Of a stretch of DNA of 52,559 bases, positions 48,157 to 52,559 are shown one piece after another (the first letter of the stretch is position 1; each line of letters starts with the position of its first letter). Both the position numbers and the translations under genes were made by a program. The notes under the pieces were generated by a model. That model was given only the letters and a program-made list of their open reading frames with translations, was not told the DNA's origin and searched no databases. Source of the DNA: Octopus bimaculoides (lineage: Eukaryota); the NCBI RefSeq assembly GCF_001194135.2, contig NC_068986.1, positions 99,478,829 to 99,531,387 of the forward strand, given 5' to 3'.

Positions 48157-49169
48157 AAATGCTAAAATAATTTTATCATGAAATACATTTTGTAAAGATT
48201 GGTACTGGTTTCGGTCTCTTCGACATTTTTAACTAAGAGCAAAACAAGAAAAGCAATTAAGTTGAAGAAACAATTAAATGAAATGTTTTGTAAATATTTC
48301 CATAGTCTTCAAATAGGGAGGACATTTTTCTTTTATCTGTCTCTCTCTTTATCTTTTCCATTGTGAATGCTCTGTAGGTCGTAGCAGATCTGAAGAAATA
48401 GTGTTTATGGGTGCAGAGAAATATTTGGTTCTGAAGTTTGATGGTATAAGCAGCAGTAGCAACCGAGGAAGGAGATGGTGAAGGAGAAGAAGAAAGAAAG
48501 GAAGAGGATGAAGGAAAAGAAGAGGTTAAAGAAAAATGAAGAGAAAAAGACGGGAGTGCTATCACCCAGTAGTAGAGCTGTTCGTGGAATCTTCTTTAAT
48601 GGTCAAGGGACCTAAAAGTGACCTATTGTGGTTGTAGCAGTAGTGGTAGGAACTTTTCAAAATGAATTCATGGGTAGCGACTGTTCCTAATATATCTATC
48701 GTTTTTAATATTTGCGTGGATATTATTCTAAGATCCTTGTAGTAGTGTCATCTGTGGTGGTAGCATTCAAAAGAGGTTTATATTTTGCGATAAAATATAA
48801 TTCTTTGCTAATTGCGCTGATTACAGGCTGAATTGTCTCTGAATTTATTGAGGGGAAAAATTCTAAAGTTGTGTTGTTCATTAGAGGCGCAAATATCGAT
48901 GTTGCTGATGCTTAGAACATCAAACTTCAGAACCAAACATTTCTCTGCATCCTTAAACAGTATTTCTTCAGATCTGCTACTACCTACCGAGCCTTCAAGA
49001 GGAAAAGAGAAAAAGAGAGACAGAAAAAAGGAAAATGTCCTCCCTATTTGAAGACTGGAAATATGTACAAAACATATGAGTTAATATTTTCTTCAATTGA
49101 ATTGCTTTCTTACTTTACTCTTTCTAATCTTTACAAAATGTATTTCAGGAAAAAATTATTTTAGCATTT
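48157..49169. repeat. Long inverted repeat (~300-bp arms, ~440-bp spacer)
   Basis: Arms 48157-48460 / 48901-49169. For example TTCAAATAGGGAGGACATTTT vs AAAATGTCCTCCCTATTTGAA, and GTAGCAGATCTGAAGAAATA vs TATTTCTTCAGATCTGCTAC. Confidence 0.92.
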
Positions 49170-49278
49170 ATATATATGCTGATTAACACTGTCATAATAT
49201 ATAAATATAAATATAACTTTACGATGAAAGTAAACAAACAAAGTTTGTTCTTTTTTAGAAGCGTTGAGATGTATTGTA

Positions 49279-49614
49279 AGATACAGAAATAAATTTATTT
49301 GTCACACGCGTGATAATGCTATAAACAGCGTGATCAGGATAAATTATCCATATAATGCAGAAAAATACGTTACTGGCCAGCCATGAGACTCGAACTCACA
49401 TCGCTGTGATTTATAAGTTCTAAAATTGCAGAAGAATTCGGTACTGGGCAGTTTAGTTTAATGGTAAAACACTTGACGCTTAATCACAGAGATGTGAGTT
49501 CGAGTCTCATGGCTGGTTAGTAACGTATTTTTCTGCAATAATTGGATAATTTATCCTGGTCACGCTATTTATAGCATTATCACGCGTTTGAGAAATAAAT
49601 CTATTTCTACATCT
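49279..49614. repeat. Inverted repeat, 133-bp arms, 70-bp spacer
   Basis: Arms 49279-49411 / 49482-49614, with 120 of 133 positions complementary by manual alignment. Confidence 0.95.
49447..49517 (+). tRNA. tRNA-Lys(CTT)-like sequence (pseudo-tRNA or SINE head)
   Basis: 71-nt cloverleaf: D-arm GTTT/AATGGTA/AAAC, anticodon loop CG-CTT-AA, T-arm GTGAG/TTCGAGT/CTCAT. Anticodon stem pairs 3/5, U33 is replaced by G, and the acceptor stem has one mismatch. Confidence 0.6.
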
Positions 49615-50404
49615 AAAAATATAAATATATTTTAAAATTTATGTAATAATATATGTATATTCGAATTTGAGGTAAGAATGTTGGATCTAGTCTTTCTCAT
49701 TCTGAAAATGAGCTCTCCTTAATTTTGATCAGATCGCTTTCAATTTTGATGCATCGGTGCAACACTGAATTTTGATTACGATCAACCAATTACTTTATCT
49801 CGTAAATTAAAGAATCTGATGCTATTTGGCATTAAAGTTGGGAAATTTGGGTAATTTTAGCTAATCAACAGACAGCCTGGCATTAGCAGCTTGTTACCAT
49901 GACAACTGCACGCTGTGTTGCGGTTCACTGTTGTCTGTGCCGCCGTTGTCTATGTTGATTTTTCACAGTTAGTATTGTTACATATTTTTTTATTTCATAT
50001 ATTTTGGGGACTTATTGACTCAGATAGCTGGATTTATGATTTCACTAGATTAATTCTATTCATAAAAATTTAAATTCGGAGCATTTCTTAAACCATTAGC
50101 TTCACATTTCAACAGCTTAACTGAAATTTAGTACAGTTAACAGGAACTGAAAGGGATATCGTGAAACAGTGAAACTGTGGGTGATACAGATAATTTGACA
50201 TTATTTTTGAATTCTGCATGCAAAAACATATAAGCTACAGGTATTCTTTTCCTTGGGACAAATTCTTTGTTGACCAGTGTTATTCTTATCGTAGTTTACA
50301 AATACAAGATTGAAAACGTTACTCAACTTTGGAGTTTAGGAGACGACGTCCCTTTTTCACACAAACACTCACACCCACACAAACACACACGCATTTATAT
50401 ATTA

Positions 50405-50991
50405 GGATCTTTTTTAAAACGGGGGCCACATTTTTCATTAACGAAACACTTTGAAACTTGGAACACTGGTAGAATGCGTCATATAAAACATCTTTTTCTC
50501 TTAGTCTTCTTAAAAAAAAAAAGAAATCCATAAATTATTCCATGTTAAAGTTGTCGTATTTCTGTAATTTCAACCAATCACTGACGTCCATTCAGCCGAT
50601 ATACATTAAGTGCCGACTACATAAACAAACGATTCTGAAACAATTAACCCTAACCCTAACCCTAACCCTAACCCTAACCCTAGGGTTAGGGTTAGGGTTA
50701 AAGCAAATTTAAAATGAAAAAAGCAAATAAAACGAAGGTATGGAGATTAAATACGCTTTACATCGCTTAATCAGCCAAAGGAGTAAATGTAAACAACTGA
50801 ATACTTGTCAGTGATTGGCTGAAATTATCGAAATAAGACAATTTTTTACATGAAATAAATTCGAATACAAAAATATTTTTCTGTTCTATAACACAAAATA
50901 GATAAGTTTGCGAAGTTTGAAAGTCTTTCGGTACCAAAAACACTACGTAAAACATTAATGAAAAATGTGGCCCCCGTTTTAAAAAAGATCC
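50405..50991. mobile_element. Young MITE with perfect 37-bp TIRs and 8-bp TSD (Merlin-like)
   Basis: TIR GGATCTTTTTTAAAACGGGGGCCACATTTTTCATTAA at 50405-50441 and inverted at 50955-50991. TSD ATATATTA at 50397-50404 and 50992-50999. Confidence 0.92.
50645..50700. repeat. Interstitial telomeric-type repeat palindrome (TAACCC)6-TA-(GGGTTA)3
   Basis: Directly visible inside the MITE. Confidence 0.97.
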
Positions 50992-52559
50992 ATATATTAG
51001 TGATGTACATAAATACATGGCAGATATACATAATATTGAAGTCCGCGTAAAGTAAACGCATGCAGACGAATATATTAATATAAAAAAAAATTAGAAAGTA
51101 ATAAAATCATACAATCAACGAAGAGACAAAAGAAACAGTAAGATGAAATGTATTGATTTTATTAGGTATTTCTGTTTATTTAGAAACTTACAATGAACAG
51201 GTCAGGCGCTAAACTATAAATTTCATAGGGTACAACCTTACAGTTGACACCGCTCCGCTAAACGCATAAAATTTCTGTTCTGCTATTGGCTAAAAATACC
51301 CAGTTTTCTCGATTTTTAAACCTCTGTAACTTTTTCTCCAATTTTTTTTTTCTCCACAACATCAAACCTTCAAAGCAATGAGACTAGGAGGCTACAGTAT
51401 TATAGCCTATTTTCAGAATTTTTACTTCCTTTTAAAAAATGCACTTTTTTTGTGAAAGAAAAACACTAGATCCTATAGGGGAACATCTTTCGCAGACAAA
51501 TGGCAATAGGCTATGTAGCTTTGACGTTGTCTTATTGAAGAAAAAAGGGAAAAAAGAAAAAAAAAAAACGGAAAAAAGCAGCGATTACATGCTCATGTTT
51601 GAATCTGCCACAACGTATTGAGAATGGCTACAGTATTGTCTGGATTGACACTGTTTAGCGTGTTCTTTATGGATTATTATGTTCAAATTTGTCCCTAGAC
51701 AGACACAAAAAGAACTAAGAATATTGTATATTACCAAATACTGCAACAGATATTGAAAAAAGCAAGACAAAACTAACTGATGAGGAAAAATAGTTAATTT
51801 AGAGTAACCATTTAAGTTGTACAGTATCTTTTTTTTTAGCGTTTATAGCTTTTCATTTATGGTGAACTAATCGTTTTTTTTTGCGCAATTCTATGAAATT
51901 TAACTTGAGCCATCTTCTAACTAGCTTTATTGCAAAGTTTTGTGTGAATCAGCATTCTTAGATGAATTAAGATTGTCAGCATTTTTTTAAAGCAATTTAT
52001 CAAAAATCTAGTGAATTCGTGTGATTACATTACATTATAAACCAAGAGTGAAAGCGCGTGGCCATAATGTCAGTTCAATTCTTGGATCGGGTTGCAACTT
52101 GTATTTTTGAGCAAAGCAATTAATTTCACATCGACACAGTCTACTTAACGGAATGCTCTCTCCTTGCAGCTATCAGATCCTGCTTGTATTGATGAGTCAA
52201 AGTGTGAGAGAGTGGAGTTGGTATCTATGTCTGCTCGCATCCACACTGACACTTAAATGAACTACCAGATATTTACTACATGTTACCAAGCCATATTCGT
52301 TCGCAATTAACGGTTAGCTCTTCAATAAATTCTGCCGTTGATCAACTTCTAATCAAAGTCCACAATTAGTTATCTAGGTTAACAATTAGCCAATCTATAT
52401 TCCCACCACAATTAAGACATACATATCCAACCGCTTCTGTATAATCGCACCAAACAACTTTCAATATATACCTGTTTACATCGGTATTGGCCATGTACAT
52501 CATCTTTTATGACCTATGAATGAATTTCACTAACTAATTCTCATATATATATATATGTA

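Noticed and set aside
49582-49616. Minus-strand AGATGT-AGAAATA/GATT/TATTTCT-CAAACGCGTG as a hammerhead
   Set aside because: The hairpin is real, but four core positions deviate and it is antisense to the tRNA head.
50645-50700. Telomere-telomere fusion scar
   Set aside because: A fusion gives (TTAGGG)n-(CCCTAA)n. Here the order is reversed, and the tract lies inside a TSD-flanked MITE.
49700-51425. Possible outer inverted pair (49700-49870 / 51280-51425) enclosing the MITE
   Set aside because: Only two short patches match (ATTCTGAAAAT; TGGGTA.TTTTAGC.AAT), which could be independent old fragments.

Overview
AT-rich, repeat-saturated eukaryotic scaffold window with 12 N-gaps. The SINE families and microsatellite load point to a coleoid cephalopod, most likely Octopus (inference). 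No intact protein-coding gene is visible, and most ORFs in the track are microsatellite or N-gap artefacts. Recognisable content: (i) about 30 tRNA-derived SINE copies of several families; (ii) decayed Tc1/mariner elements of four types (DD37E/TRT-like, mariner, DD37D/maT, DD41D) plus MITEs; (iii) LINE relics (RTE-type EN/RT, R4/Dong-type CCHC knuckle); (iv) a 7 x 40-bp tandem array; (v) two pairs of diverged local duplications; (vi) a possible 14-nt minus-strand microexon. Most notable: a tRNA-headed, TSD-flanked short element carrying a minimal hammerhead-ribozyme fold (36.5-36.8 kb), two more hammerhead-like relics elsewhere, and three consecutive inverted-repeat structures at 48.1-51.0 kb. 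These three are a ~300-bp foldback, a palindrome built from a tRNA-Lys(CTT)-like element, and a young Merlin-like MITE with a telomeric-repeat palindrome at its centre. All alignments were made by eye; family names come from recalled motifs, not database searches.
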